A DNA stretch of 64,000 bases from a virus. Under the pieces are notes generated by a model. That model was not told the DNA's origin and did no database searches. It saw only the letters and a program-made list of their open reading frames with translations. This document shows positions 8,708 through 17,752 of the stretch, in pieces. The stretch is taken from IMG/VR virus record IMGVR_UViG_3300023179_000020; one strand, written 5' to 3'. A program made the position numbers and the translations under genes. Every line of letters starts with the position of its first letter. Position 1 is the stretch's first letter.

Positions 8708-9265
8708 ATGACAACATTAGTAATTCATCCTAAAGACAGAACAACAGATTTCTTAAAACAAATCTACAAAAACATTCCTAATAAAACAGTTATTACTGGT
8801 GGAACAGATAAACAATCCATCATTCAACTAATCGGAATGCATGATAGGGTTTTACTTATGGGCCATGGCTCGCCTAATGGTTTATTTTCAGTAGGACAAT
8901 TCAATTTGGATATGTATTCTTCATCCTACATTGTAGGAGATGGATGTGTTGAAGCATTAAGAAAAAAGGATAATGTATTGTATTTGTGGTGTAATGCTGA
9001 TCGATTTGTAAATTATCATAAACTAAAAGGTTTGTATTCAGGTATGTTTATCAGTGAAACTGGTGAAGCACATTACTGTAGAGTAAGAACAAGCCGAACA
9101 CAAGTTACAGAATCAAATGACTTGTTTGCTTATTTGTTAGGCGAACAATTAACCACAGATAAACCACTAACCCAAATTCATCAAACAGTAAAATCACTTT
9201 ACAGTGAAATGGCTGAATACAATCCAGTAGCAGAGTATAATAATGAAAGATGGTATCATGCATAA
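8708..9265 (+). CDS. putative clan CD (caspase/CHAT/gingipain-like) peptidase
   Basis: VLLMGHG and VLYLWC His/Cys motifs; start moved to ATG 8708 after promoter. Confidence 0.5.
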   Translation: MTTLVIHPKDRTTDFLKQIYKNIPNKTVITGGTDKQSIIQLIGMHDRVLLMGHGSPNGLFSVGQFNLDMYSSSYIVGDGCVEALRKKDNVLYLWCNADRFVNYHKLKGLYSGMFISETGEAHYCRVRTSRTQVTESNDLFAYLLGEQLTTDKPLTQIHQTVKSLYSEMAEYNPVAEYNNERWYHA

Positions 9266-9980
9266 ATTAGTAGCCATAGGAGACATTCATGGACTCACTA
9301 TTTGGAAGGATATTCTTGAAAAAGAACAACCAACCACAGCAGTGTTTATAGGAGACTACTTTGATAGTTTTGACATTCCAGGTATAGACCAAATCTATAA
9401 TTTCAAAAACATTATACAATGGAAACTTGACAACCCACAATGCCAAGTAATAATGTTGATTGGTAATCATGATTATCATTACTTCTCATCTGTGATGGGA
9501 AAGACTAATACAAGTGGATTTCAAAGAGCATTATATCCTGAAATTAATAGAGTATTAGAGGATAATAAGCATTATTTACAAATGGCTTTTCAATATGATG
9601 ATTTATTATTCAGTCATGCAGGTATTAGTCCTGAGTTTTTAATTGATTGTAAGTATAATAGTGGAAACATAGTTGATACAATAAATGATCTTTGGAATTA
9701 TAAACCACTAATATTCAATTTTGCTGATACAGGATGGGGGCATAGTGATCCTTATGGTGATAACACATACCAAACACCAATTTGGATTCGACCTAAGAGT
9801 CTAATGAAGGCAGGGAAAAGTATTAAAAAACAATTTATTCAAGTAGTAGGACATACCAAAGTAAAAGAAATTGATCCTGGTAAAGCAACAGGTGGACGTT
9901 ATTACTTTATTGATTGTTTGGATACTAGTGGTGAATATTTAGTATACGAAAACAAACAAATAAAAATAAACAAACTATGA
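9258..9980 (+). CDS. calcineurin-like metallophosphoesterase
   Basis: GDIHG, GDYFD, GNHD, SHAG, VGHT. Confidence 0.93.
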   Translation: MHKLVAIGDIHGLTIWKDILEKEQPTTAVFIGDYFDSFDIPGIDQIYNFKNIIQWKLDNPQCQVIMLIGNHDYHYFSSVMGKTNTSGFQRALYPEINRVLEDNKHYLQMAFQYDDLLFSHAGISPEFLIDCKYNSGNIVDTINDLWNYKPLIFNFADTGWGHSDPYGDNTYQTPIWIRPKSLMKAGKSIKKQFIQVVGHTKVKEIDPGKATGGRYYFIDCLDTSGEYLVYENKQIKINKL

Positions 9981-10114
9981 AAACATTACTTAAACTTATT
10001 TTAATTTCAATTTTGTTTTATTCATGTGTAGCCCAAAAACCAGCATGGTACAGGCCTGGAAGCGTTTCTAGAACAAATGTTTATCAAAATGGTGGATGTG
10101 GCTGGTCAAAATAA
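9977..10114 (+). CDS. small lipoprotein (45 aa, not in ORF track)
   Basis: MKTLLKLILISILFYSC lipobox-like; ATGA overlap. Confidence 0.55.
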   Translation: MKTLLKLILISILFYSCVAQKPAWYRPGSVSRTNVYQNGGCGWSK

Positions 10115-10201
10115 AAAAATCTTCAACTTCTCATGCAAAAGACTTGGATTTCCAGGTCTTTTGTCGTATATTTAATCAAATAATTAAAAACAATAAAAGT
10201 T

Positions 10202-10468
10202 ATGGCAGTAGATTTTGAAATGTTTACAGAAGAAGGTAATGAGGCATGTACTCAAGCTTACCAAAACATCTATGATGTTATTTTTGGGAGTAAATTTATT
10301 CCTGAAGCAGAATTAAAAGCAGTTGTAAAAGCAGAAATCAAACAAGTATCCCTGACACATGGAGAAGTGTATGACACAGAACCTGAATGGCATTTTGTTG
10401 ATAGAATCAACATGGCTTTAGAAACTAGAGGATATAGCTACAGAGTAACTAGAAACGATTTATACTAA
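10202..10468 (+). CDS. early hypothetical protein
   Basis: ORF after CTTGG..TCGTATATTT promoter. Confidence 0.75.
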   Translation: MAVDFEMFTEEGNEACTQAYQNIYDVIFGSKFIPEAELKAVVKAEIKQVSLTHGEVYDTEPEWHFVDRINMALETRGYSYRVTRNDLY

Positions 10469-10475
10469 AAATACC

Positions 10476-10784
10476 ATGACAAAAGATCAAAAAGACAACA
10501 ACATTCTTACAGAAATGTATCGTAGGGCATTTGCTGCCAGTACACCAAAAGGTGATTTTGATGAATTAATGGCAAATGCTGCAATCAACGAATTTGGACA
10601 ATTCGTAATTCCATATAACGACTATACTTGTGATCATAGTGTTATGGAACAAATTGTTGAAGATGTGTTAAAAGAAAATAAAGTACCAAAATGGAGACGT
10701 CAAGGATTCAAAAATGCATTTATGCTTGGTTGTTCACCAACTTCATTTCCTTTTATTGCCACAAATGTCCAAAAACAGAAATAA
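10476..10784 (+). CDS. hypothetical protein
   Basis: ORF. Confidence 0.7.
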   Translation: MTKDQKDNNILTEMYRRAFAASTPKGDFDELMANAAINEFGQFVIPYNDYTCDHSVMEQIVEDVLKENKVPKWRRQGFKNAFMLGCSPTSFPFIATNVQKQK

Positions 10785-10785
10785 A

Positions 10786-11013
10786 ATGACAGTACAACAA
10801 TTAATAGAAATCCTACAAACAAAGGATCCTAAATTACGAATATTTGTGCCTGGTTATGAGGATGGATTAAACGACATTTCTAATGATTTGGTAACAATAG
10901 ATGTAGAACTTGATAAGAATATTGAATGGTATTATGGACAACATGACCAAGTAACTAAACCTACAGATACATCTATAAAAGGATTATTGTTGTGGGGAAA
11001 AAATAAATTTTAA
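10786..11013 (+). CDS. hypothetical protein
   Basis: start moved to ATG 10786 (MTVQQLIE.L, a common phage N-terminus). Confidence 0.7.
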   Translation: MTVQQLIEILQTKDPKLRIFVPGYEDGLNDISNDLVTIDVELDKNIEWYYGQHDQVTKPTDTSIKGLLLWGKNKF

Positions 11014-11022
11014 TTAAAAACA

Positions 11023-11292
11023 ATGGAAAAAAAGGAAAAAAACGAAATAGACATATTTGTAGAACGCCTTAAAAAAATAGGTATCACAATTGAATTAGCA
11101 GGCAACATACCTTGGATTTACCTTAATAAAGTAAATGGTAATAAAATTCAAAGAGAAGATTTTATCAATGCTAATCATGGTTATACAGTTGCTTGGTATG
11201 GTATTAGCCGTGATTCCAAGACTCATTTAAATTGGGATGATATGAAAATTACATTTAAGCTAATCAGAAAATATAAAGATATCAAACAATGA
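11023..11292 (+). CDS. hypothetical protein
   Basis: ORF. Confidence 0.7.
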   Translation: MEKKEKNEIDIFVERLKKIGITIELAGNIPWIYLNKVNGNKIQREDFINANHGYTVAWYGISRDSKTHLNWDDMKITFKLIRKYKDIKQ

Positions 11293-11528
11293 GTAACAAA
11301 CCAAAATTAGAAAATTGTTCTTTTACCTTTGTTCAGGAAGGAAATTGTAATGGGACAACAAGTGAGTACGAAGAACTAACAATACAGTGTGAATCATCAC
11401 TAGGAATCGACAATGATGGAGGATGCTATTACGTTTTAAAAACCGAAACAGGTTGGAGTATAGACAATGTTAATGACTTACAAGACTTACTTGATAGGAT
11501 TAACCCAATAATTAAAAACGATAAATGA
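11289..11528 (+). CDS. hypothetical protein
   Basis: ORF, ATGA overlaps. Confidence 0.7.
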   Translation: MSNKPKLENCSFTFVQEGNCNGTTSEYEELTIQCESSLGIDNDGGCYYVLKTETGWSIDNVNDLQDLLDRINPIIKNDK

Positions 11529-11749
11529 AACAAACAGCAGTAGAGTGGTTTGCAGAACAATTACCAATTCGAATTCAAAATTCGTATCGCGATGAAATTG
11601 AACAGGCTATAGCAATGGAGAAAGAACAGATTGAACTTGCATATGATGAGGGTTCAGAATATGAATACCAATACCATATAAATAGTGATTATCGCAAGGA
11701 AGCATCAACTTATTACAACGAAACATATGGAGGTGACAAACAACATTAA
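11525..11749 (+). CDS. hypothetical protein (MKQTAVEW...MEKEQI type)
   Basis: ORF; motif I recognise from Bacteroidota phage proteins. Confidence 0.7.
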   Translation: MKQTAVEWFAEQLPIRIQNSYRDEIEQAIAMEKEQIELAYDEGSEYEYQYHINSDYRKEASTYYNETYGGDKQH

Positions 11750-11794
11750 ACAATTAAAAAAACACATAGAATCACTCCATAAAAAATAAAAAAT

Positions 11795-12055
11795 ATGAGA
11801 ACACTAATGAATTTATTCACACAAACAGATAAACTACAACACTTTATAGTAGGAACATATCTGTACATGTTAACATCAATTGACTTTGGCTTTGCATGGC
11901 CGTGGTTAATAGTAACAGTGGCTGCATTTGGAAAAGAAGTGGTTGATCGTTATGTATTTAAAAAGAAATTTAGTTGGCAAGACATATTCATGACTATGTT
12001 TGGAGCAGTATGTATTTATTTGTTGCTAGGAAACCATTACTTGAAATTTGCTTAA
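11795..12055 (+). CDS. membrane protein (DKxxH...KE..D...D, VanZ/YfiM-like)
   Basis: DKLQHF, GKEVVD, SWQDI and TM helices. Confidence 0.65.
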   Translation: MRTLMNLFTQTDKLQHFIVGTYLYMLTSIDFGFAWPWLIVTVAAFGKEVVDRYVFKKKFSWQDIFMTMFGAVCIYLLLGNHYLKFA

Positions 12056-12192
12056 TGACACCACTTCAAGAATTACAACAGCAAATCAAAAAGTTAGATG
12101 AAAAGGGTATAATGATAACCAATAAAGGTTTTCTCACCCTAATAGAAACATTCATTGACAAAGAACAACTACAAAACAAAAGAATAAAATGA
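12055..12192 (+). CDS. small hypothetical protein
   Basis: ATG 12055 coupled to upstream stop. Confidence 0.5.
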   Translation: MTPLQELQQQIKKLDEKGIMITNKGFLTLIETFIDKEQLQNKRIK

Positions 12193-12336
12193 ACACCACT
12201 GATTTAATTATTTTAGAACAACTACTTATAAAGTATTTAGTATTTGCTGAAGCTGCAGATGAAATTTCAATTATTAAACCTTGCTTAAAATTAGTTAAAA
12301 CAAAGTTGGAATTAATACAAGAAGGTTATATATTAG

Positions 12337-12633
12337 ATGAAAATGAAAAACCAAAACGATAACACAAGTATACATTTTACCACAACACTGTTAACTATAT
12401 TTGTAGTACTTAAACTAACAGACAACATAGATTGGAGTTGGTGGTGGGTAACAAGCCCATTGTGGATTCCAATTGGTTTAGCGTTATTAACAATAGTACT
12501 TGTAGGCATAAACAATTTTATAACCAACATAAATAAACTAAATCAAAAACATAAACATGAAAACAACAAAAGAAATAATGTTGCTACTTGGAATCCTTTT
12601 ACTGACGATAATGATAACAGTATTAGTAGATAA
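12337..12633 (+). CDS. membrane protein (TM fragile-X-F-associated-like)
   Basis: FVVLKLT..IDWSWWWV.SPLW. Confidence 0.7.
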   Translation: MKMKNQNDNTSIHFTTTLLTIFVVLKLTDNIDWSWWWVTSPLWIPIGLALLTIVLVGINNFITNINKLNQKHKHENNKRNNVATWNPFTDDNDNSISR

Positions 12634-12751
12634 AAACCAAAACATAAATACTACTAATAATCCAGTTACAACACCAACTGATACGATTACAACGACGTGT
12701 TGTCCGGTAGATGGGACGTACGTTGATACTGTTACTCAATTACCAAAGTGA
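12557..12751 (+). CDS. small Thr-rich membrane protein
   Basis: TM + Thr-rich tail. Confidence 0.5.
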   Translation: MKTTKEIMLLLGILLLTIMITVLVDKNQNINTTNNPVTTPTDTITTTCCPVDGTYVDTVTQLPK

Positions 12752-13137
12752 TTGGGTGATAAAAGGATCGGGTATAAATGGATTAGGTGATAAAGAGATC
12801 GGGTGTTAAAGTGATTAGGTGTAAGGTGATTAGGTGTGTAAAGGGATTAAGTGTGGAAAACAAAGTGAGTAGGTGAATGTATATATGGATATAAAGATAT
12901 AAAGATATAAGGATATAAGTATATGTGGAAAACAGAGAACAGGTAGGTGGGGTGAGGAGTTGTGGAAGGTAACCCTCCCGCCCCGCCCCTCCCCGCCTTT
13001 CTCGTATACAAGAGATATACGTATATATTACCTTCCGCGAAAAAATCAAGTGTCTTCGCAGAGAGATTGGGTGTACATGGATCAGGTGTACAAAGGGATC
13101 GGGTGTAAATGGATTAGGTGTTCAAAAAAATTAGGTA
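12750..13137 (+). repeat. two clusters of iteron-like GATYRGGTG repeats (candidate origin/terminus)
   Basis: units at 12750, 12766, 12781, 12797, 12813, 12828, 12845 and 13065, 13080, 13097, 13112, (13129); 15-17 bp period. Confidence 0.85.
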
Positions 13138-13194
13138 AAAACAATTTGGCTCCCCAAAAATTTGTGCGTATATTTAGGCATAAAATTAAAACAC

Positions 13195-13365
13195 ATGTTT
13201 TGGATAATAGCACTTATTTTAGTATTTGGGATGATTGTTTTAGGACAAATCCATGAACTATTCCAGTCAATGAAAACAAGTGAATTTGAAATTGTTCGGA
13301 AAATTTATTGGGTTATTGTGGTGGGAGTTTGGGTTACCGTAATTGTTTGGCTTATGAAAATCTAG
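13195..13365 (+). CDS. small 2-TM membrane protein
   Basis: ATG after promoter at 13145-13175. Confidence 0.65.
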   Translation: MFWIIALILVFGMIVLGQIHELFQSMKTSEFEIVRKIYWVIVVGVWVTVIVWLMKI

Positions 13366-13375
13366 ACACAGTGGT

Positions 13376-13402
13376 GGGCGCCGGGGCGCCTGTTCTTTTT
13401 TT
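13376..13402 (+). terminator. intrinsic terminator
   Basis: gggcgcc/ggcgcct hairpin followed by T run. Confidence 0.65.
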
Positions 13403-13674
13403 ATGGTATGTTTAAAACTAAACTTTTATTCTACTTGTCAGTGACTTTCCGCATCGAGCGAGTGTGAATCTGAGAATAATTGTTTACTTGTTTTTGATAC
13501 GTTTTTAAACCTGCATCTTGGTTTGTGCGTTCGACCTGCATCTCGGTAATAATTGTTTAATCAGTTTTAACCCGCTATGGGTGAGTAGGTGGCTCAAATA
13601 AAACGCAGTCTATCGGTGCGAAACGGACTTGGTCGGTCTATTATACATATTAATGAGAATAAGAAAAACGCAAC

Positions 13675-13738
13675 TGTTCACACCTCTTATTTGGAGAAGC
13701 AAAAAATTAGTCGTATATTTAGCTATAATTAAAAACAC
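13675..13738 (+). promoter_or_regulatory. early promoter/leader repeat TGTTCAC-N-TTTGG-N17-18-TCGTATATT-N-ATAATTAAAA (representative copy)
   Basis: copies near 8660, 10143, 13145, 14003, 14383, 15295, 15682, 16641, 16913, 17226, 17694, 18234, 18597, 18951, 19634, 20108, 22224, 22795; resembles Bacteroidota -33 TTTG / -7 TAnnTTTG. Confidence 0.85.
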
Positions 13739-13999
13739 ATGAAACAAAAACACAACATCAAATTAATTCCAAACACTAATATTACAGTTAAAGAATTCAA
13801 AGAATTGATTTTTGAAAAATTCAAAGCGTATCCTTTAATGTATACAGATTATAAAAAAAATCGATTTATTATTTCAAATACTTTTTATGAAAATATTTCT
13901 ATAACTCAACGTAAGTTAAGTTTATTTTGTAAAAAACTAAATATTAAACATGAATTGAGTTGTGAATATTCTCGTTGTATTATTATTGATTTGAATTAA
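13739..13999 (+). CDS. early cassette hypothetical protein
   Basis: own promoter repeat. Confidence 0.7.
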   Translation: MKQKHNIKLIPNTNITVKEFKELIFEKFKAYPLMYTDYKKNRFIISNTFYENISITQRKLSLFCKKLNIKHELSCEYSRCIIIDLN

Positions 14000-14072
14000 A
14001 ATTGTTCACAACTAGATTTGGAGAAGCAAACTAGTTGTCGTATATTTAACTATAATTAAAACACATAAACAC

Positions 14073-14381
14073 ATGAACAAGTATTTCAAATTCAGTAAAA
14101 AAGAAAATTATTATGTTGAAGTTAAGTCTGAAGTGAAAAAGTTTTTAGAAAATCAATTCAAATCAGATCAAAACGTTTTAAGTGTAATTCCAAATTATAT
14201 GAGACGTTTAGACGGTTTTACAGAACAAGTCATAGACGGTAACTTTAATGAAACAATGTCTATTAAAGAACTTGAAAAAGTTACTAAATCTTATTTCAAA
14301 GATTGGATGAAACAAGTAATGACTGTAAAAGACGGTGTTGTAGTATTGAAAAAAAACATTTCAGAAAGAGGTGGTTGGTAA
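14073..14381 (+). CDS. early cassette hypothetical protein
   Basis: own promoter repeat. Confidence 0.75.
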   Translation: MNKYFKFSKKENYYVEVKSEVKKFLENQFKSDQNVLSVIPNYMRRLDGFTEQVIDGNFNETMSIKELEKVTKSYFKDWMKQVMTVKDGVVVLKKNISERGGW

Positions 14382-14435
14382 TATTTGGCTTCTTAAAAAA
14401 TTGGTCGTATATTCAAATTAAATAATTAAACACAC

Positions 14436-15239
14436 ATGAATAATTTAGTAATCAAAAGAGGTAAAGGTCGTCCTAAAAAGACCACATCAGCAGTAGAATT
14501 CAATCCTGCAAGTGTAAAAATTGTAAAAGGCTCAGAATTAAAGTTTGATGAGAGTGTTTTTCGTCCTATGAGTACAAGTACTTTAATGGATAACATTTTG
14601 TCAAGTCAGAAAGGTTTGATGCCAGCAGTTAATATGATCATTTGTGGCGGACCTGGATCAGGTAAAAGTACTGTAGTACTAGACATGTTGAGTCGTCTTG
14701 CACTTAGAGGTAAAAAGGTATTGTTTGTTTCAGGTGAAATGGATGAAATAGGTCACTTCAAATACTGTAAACGAATGCCAAATTTCAAACTTGTACCCAC
14801 ATTGTTTTTGAAAAATTATACTGAAACAGTGCGTGAAACTCTTGAGTATGTTTTTGATCAAGGTTATGATGTGATTGCAGTTGATTCAATTGCTGAAGTG
14901 ATTGAAATGTATAAAGACACTTACCGTACAACAGAATCAGCAGCTGAATTGTGGTTTTTGAATCTACAAAGTATGGTTAAAAAAGGTGAGAACAAGTTGA
15001 AAAAGTACACTACCTTCATCAACATTCAACAGGTAACTAAAGCAGGTGACTTTGCAGGTAGTAACAGGTTGAAGCATATGACTGAAGCAATGTGTCACGT
15101 TGATCGGATTAAAGACAGTGATTCACGTAAAGTGTACTTTAGCAAGAATAGAGATTGTGATACAGAAAGTTTCATCAAATTCAGAATAGGTTTGAATCAG
15201 GTTGAATACAGTTTACCTGATGCTGATGATGAAGAATAA
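14436..15239 (+). CDS. RecA-family (RadA/Sms-like) ATPase with N-terminal AT-hook
   Basis: GGPGSGKST, LFVSGE, AVDSI, QVTKAGDFAGSNRLKHM, SKNR; KRGKGRPKK. Confidence 0.85.
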   Translation: MNNLVIKRGKGRPKKTTSAVEFNPASVKIVKGSELKFDESVFRPMSTSTLMDNILSSQKGLMPAVNMIICGGPGSGKSTVVLDMLSRLALRGKKVLFVSGEMDEIGHFKYCKRMPNFKLVPTLFLKNYTETVRETLEYVFDQGYDVIAVDSIAEVIEMYKDTYRTTESAAELWFLNLQSMVKKGENKLKKYTTFINIQQVTKAGDFAGSNRLKHMTEAMCHVDRIKDSDSRKVYFSKNRDCDTESFIKFRIGLNQVEYSLPDADDEE

Positions 15240-15346
15240 TATTCATGTGTGGACAAATGTGGGGAGGAGGATTCGATCCTTCCCTCACATCTTGTTTGGA
15301 GGAACAAAAAACAGGTCGTATATTTACACATAAATAAAAACATAAC

Positions 15347-15478
15347 ATGGCTAAAAAACAAAAATTAGAGTATTTTGAAGACAAGTACGGTATCAAAACA
15401 CTTAAAACACCAATTAGTGATCACGACAAACAACTGATTGAACAGTTAAAACAAATGCTAATTAAAAAACAAAAATAA
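15347..15478 (+). CDS. small early protein (43 aa, not in track)
   Basis: ATG after promoter repeat; open to TAA 15476-15478. Confidence 0.55.
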   Translation: MAKKQKLEYFEDKYGIKTLKTPISDHDKQLIEQLKQMLIKKQK

Positions 15479-15479
15479 C

Positions 15480-15695
15480 ATGGAACTACTAAATCATCAA
15501 ATCGAAAATCAAGTAATCGAGCACACCTACGTTATCCAGCACCCTACAGAAGGAGTACTGTATTACAAGGAATGGGTGTCAGCTGATAATGGAAATTTTA
15601 TTGACTGCACTCTCCGGAGTAAAGGTGGATATGAAATTGACGATCCAACTATAATGGAACAGGTGCAAGAATTCGTAGATAATTTGGGTTATTAA
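15480..15695 (+). CDS. hypothetical protein
   Basis: ORF. Confidence 0.7.
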   Translation: MELLNHQIENQVIEHTYVIQHPTEGVLYYKEWVSADNGNFIDCTLRSKGGYEIDDPTIMEQVQEFVDNLGY

Positions 15696-15744
15696 AAAAC
15701 CGTTCGTATATTCAAGTATAAATAAACAAATAAAAATAAAGGTT

Positions 15745-15978
15745 ATGAGTAAAAAAACAAACAAATCTGCTAAAGTAGCAGTAGAAGTATCAGGTAAAAA
15801 AGGTCGTCCAGTTGTAGCAGGTTCGGCTCGTCAAGCCAGATTAGCAGCCCGTGCTCAACGTGCAGCCGCCAATGGTGGTGTGATTAAAAGAGGTCGTCCA
15901 GCAACTAAAAAGATCGAGTCTGCTAAAAAGATCGAGTCTGCTAAAAAGATCGAGTCTGCAGGTGCACCTGCGGCTTAA
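15745..15978 (+). CDS. basic AT-hook/histone-like DNA-binding protein
   Basis: KKGRP, KRGRP, 3x KKIESA. Confidence 0.7.
   Translation: MSKKTNKSAKVAVEVSGKKGRPVVAGSARQARLAARAQRAAANGGVIKRGRPATKKIESAKKIESAKKIESAGAPAA
15905..15959 (+). repeat. 18-bp tandem repeat x3
   Basis: ctaaaaagatcgagtctg x3. Confidence 0.9.
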
Positions 15979-16024
15979 AGTGGAGGTTACATATGCTCCC
16001 GAGTGGGTGCGAGGCCCACAAATT

Positions 16025-16110
16025 GCCTGGGTGGCGAAATAGGCAGACGCACAGCACTTAAAATGCTGCTCCTAAAAACAGGAATGCCGGTTCGAGTCCG
16101 GCCCCGGGTA
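16025..16110 (+). tRNA. tRNA-Leu(TAA)
   Basis: cloverleaf; cagca-CTTAAAA-tgctg; long variable arm; GGTTCGAGTCC. Confidence 0.92.
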
Positions 16111-16122
16111 CTAGTTTTATGT

Positions 16123-16197
16123 TGCGGGATGGACTGGAGGTGGTTCCAGCTTGGTCTCATAAGCCAAATGACGTAGGTTCGACTCCTACTCCCGCAC
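16123..16197 (+). tRNA. tRNA-Met(CAT) (Met/fMet/Ile2 not resolved)
   Basis: TGCGGGA/TCCCGCA acceptor; ttggt-CTCATAA-gccaa; GTAGGTTCGACTCCTAC. Confidence 0.85.
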
Positions 16198-16202
16198 CAA
16201 AT

Positions 16203-16273
16203 AGTCAGGTAGCGTAATTGGCAACGCCTTTGATTTTACCAGAGAGACACAGGTTCGAATCCTGTCCTGACTG
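16203..16273 (+). tRNA. atypical tRNA-like RNA, AGTCAGG family (loop ATTTTAC, nominal TTT)
   Basis: AGTCAGG/CCTGACT acceptor; ACAGG-TTCGAAT-CCTGT T arm; weak anticodon arm, no position-26 base. Confidence 0.65.
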
Positions 16274-16362
16274 CAAAAAATAAATTTAAAAATAACTAGG
16301 CCTCTTATAAAGGCCTATTATATTACAGGTATAAGTTAATAAGTTAAATTAAATTAATAATT

Positions 16363-16578
16363 ATGCGTCGTTTAAACTCAACAGCCAAATTGGCTTTTTA
16401 CTCCGCTCGTAAGCGGGAAGGCGATACCAACCGTATCGCAAACATGACAGGTTATTCTACCAGTCACATCTCTAACATTGTCAACGGTAACCGTTCGATC
16501 AATCCAACTGTTGCAGATGCAATGTACAGTATCTCTCGTAGACGTCAGAAGAACTCTGACCGTCAATTAGCCTTTTAA
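16363..16578 (+). CDS. small HTH DNA-binding protein
   Basis: IANMTGYSTSHISNIVNG is an Xre/Cro-like HTH. Confidence 0.75.
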   Translation: MRRLNSTAKLAFYSARKREGDTNRIANMTGYSTSHISNIVNGNRSINPTVADAMYSISRRRQKNSDRQLAF

Positions 16579-16609
16579 TTAGGGCTTTAAGTGCCATGTG
16601 TTTTTAGGG

Positions 16610-16641
16610 GTAGCGGTGCCAACGGGCGCCGCTTCTCTTTT
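16610..16641 (+). terminator. intrinsic terminator
   Basis: agcggtgcc/ggcgccgct hairpin followed by T-rich tail. Confidence 0.7.
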
Positions 16642-16712
16642 GTTCACAACTAAATTTGGTTATGTGAAATTTTAGTCGTATATTTAATCAAATAATTAAA
16701 AAACAAAACAAT

Positions 16713-16907
16713 ATGTCAAACTTATCAAAAGCATTTAACGAAATTGAATTAAACGACTCTGATTATGTTAACATTGATCAACAAGTATCAAATGAATCAG
16801 TAATCGAATTTATTGATGCATGTGAAAAAATTCAGATGCAAATACAAAATGTTGACGCTCAAATGATATATCGATATTTGATCACTGTTATGCTTAATCA
16901 AGCATAA
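16713..16907 (+). CDS. early cassette hypothetical protein
   Basis: own promoter repeat. Confidence 0.65.
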   Translation: MSNLSKAFNEIELNDSDYVNIDQQVSNESVIEFIDACEKIQMQIQNVDAQMIYRYLITVMLNQA

Positions 16908-16980
16908 CAAATTGTTCACAACTAAATTTGGAGATGTGAATTGTTTATCGTATATTTAACTATAATTAAAAAACAAAATT

Positions 16981-17223
16981 ATGATAAAATTAAAAAATGA
17001 AGTTAAAGGTTTTATTTATGACACTTGTTACGGTCATGTTAAAAAAGTATTTAACAGTTTAACTGAACAAGAAATTCAAACAATTAACAAAGTCTTAAAC
17101 GAAGATGACATGTTAATTACTGAAAATGATAATTTGAATGAATTGTTTGAGTTTGAAACTGAAGAAAAATTAAAAAATGATCATGAAAGTTTGAACAAAG
17201 TATTTGAGTGGTGTGAACAGTAA
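16981..17223 (+). CDS. early cassette hypothetical protein
   Basis: own promoter repeat. Confidence 0.7.
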   Translation: MIKLKNEVKGFIYDTCYGHVKKVFNSLTEQEIQTINKVLNEDDMLITENDNLNELFEFETEEKLKNDHESLNKVFEWCEQ

Positions 17224-17296
17224 AATGTTCACACCTCTTATTTGGAGGAGTAAACTAGTTATCGTATATTCAGCCATAATTAAAAACCCAAAACAC

Positions 17297-17533
17297 ATGC
17301 ATTACAATTTATTAAAAGCTTTAGAAATTAAAGTAGAAAACGAAAAATTCTTACAAACCATCTCCAACCAAATTGCTTTGGTGAAAGAAGAAATGAATGG
17401 TTGTTACAGTCAGAATGATTATAATGAATTATCATCTGAAGTAGAACAGTATAAACAAATGAGAAAGATGGCTACAATAGCTTTAGTTCAAATTGATACG
17501 TTTATTGAAGAAAACAAATTTCAACTTAATTAA
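17297..17533 (+). CDS. early cassette hypothetical protein
   Basis: start moved to ATG 17297 after promoter repeat. Confidence 0.7.
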   Translation: MHYNLLKALEIKVENEKFLQTISNQIALVKEEMNGCYSQNDYNELSSEVEQYKQMRKMATIALVQIDTFIEENKFQLN

Positions 17534-17543
17534 ACTTAAAAAA

Positions 17544-17687
17544 ATGAAACGAGTAAAAGAAATGATAGAAACAGCACCATCAAAAAAAATGGCTATGGAT
17601 ATGCTTGAGCAGTGGAGGTTGTTTAATGGATTAAGTGAATCACTGTACAAAAAAGGAAGAAAGTATATTCGAGAGGCTTGGAATTAA
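17544..17687 (+). CDS. small hypothetical protein
   Basis: ATG 17544 with A-rich leader. Confidence 0.55.
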   Translation: MKRVKEMIETAPSKKMAMDMLEQWRLFNGLSESLYKKGRKYIREAWN

Positions 17688-17752
17688 AAACAAATTTGGC
17701 TTTATAAAAATTATATCGTATATTCAATCAAATAATTAAAAAACAAAATAAT

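Noticed and set aside
12750-13137. CRISPR array
   Set aside because: Units are degenerate 9-mers at a 15-17 bp period with no 30-40 bp unique spacers; no cas genes in the window.
12783-13256. ORFs 12783..13049 (-) and 12960..13256 (+)
   Set aside because: Low-complexity translations of the repeat block.
16203-16273. Suppressor tRNA (TTA) or stop-codon recoding
   Set aside because: Best pairing centres the loop on TTT, and genes read intact in the standard code with TAA, TAG and TGA all used as stops.
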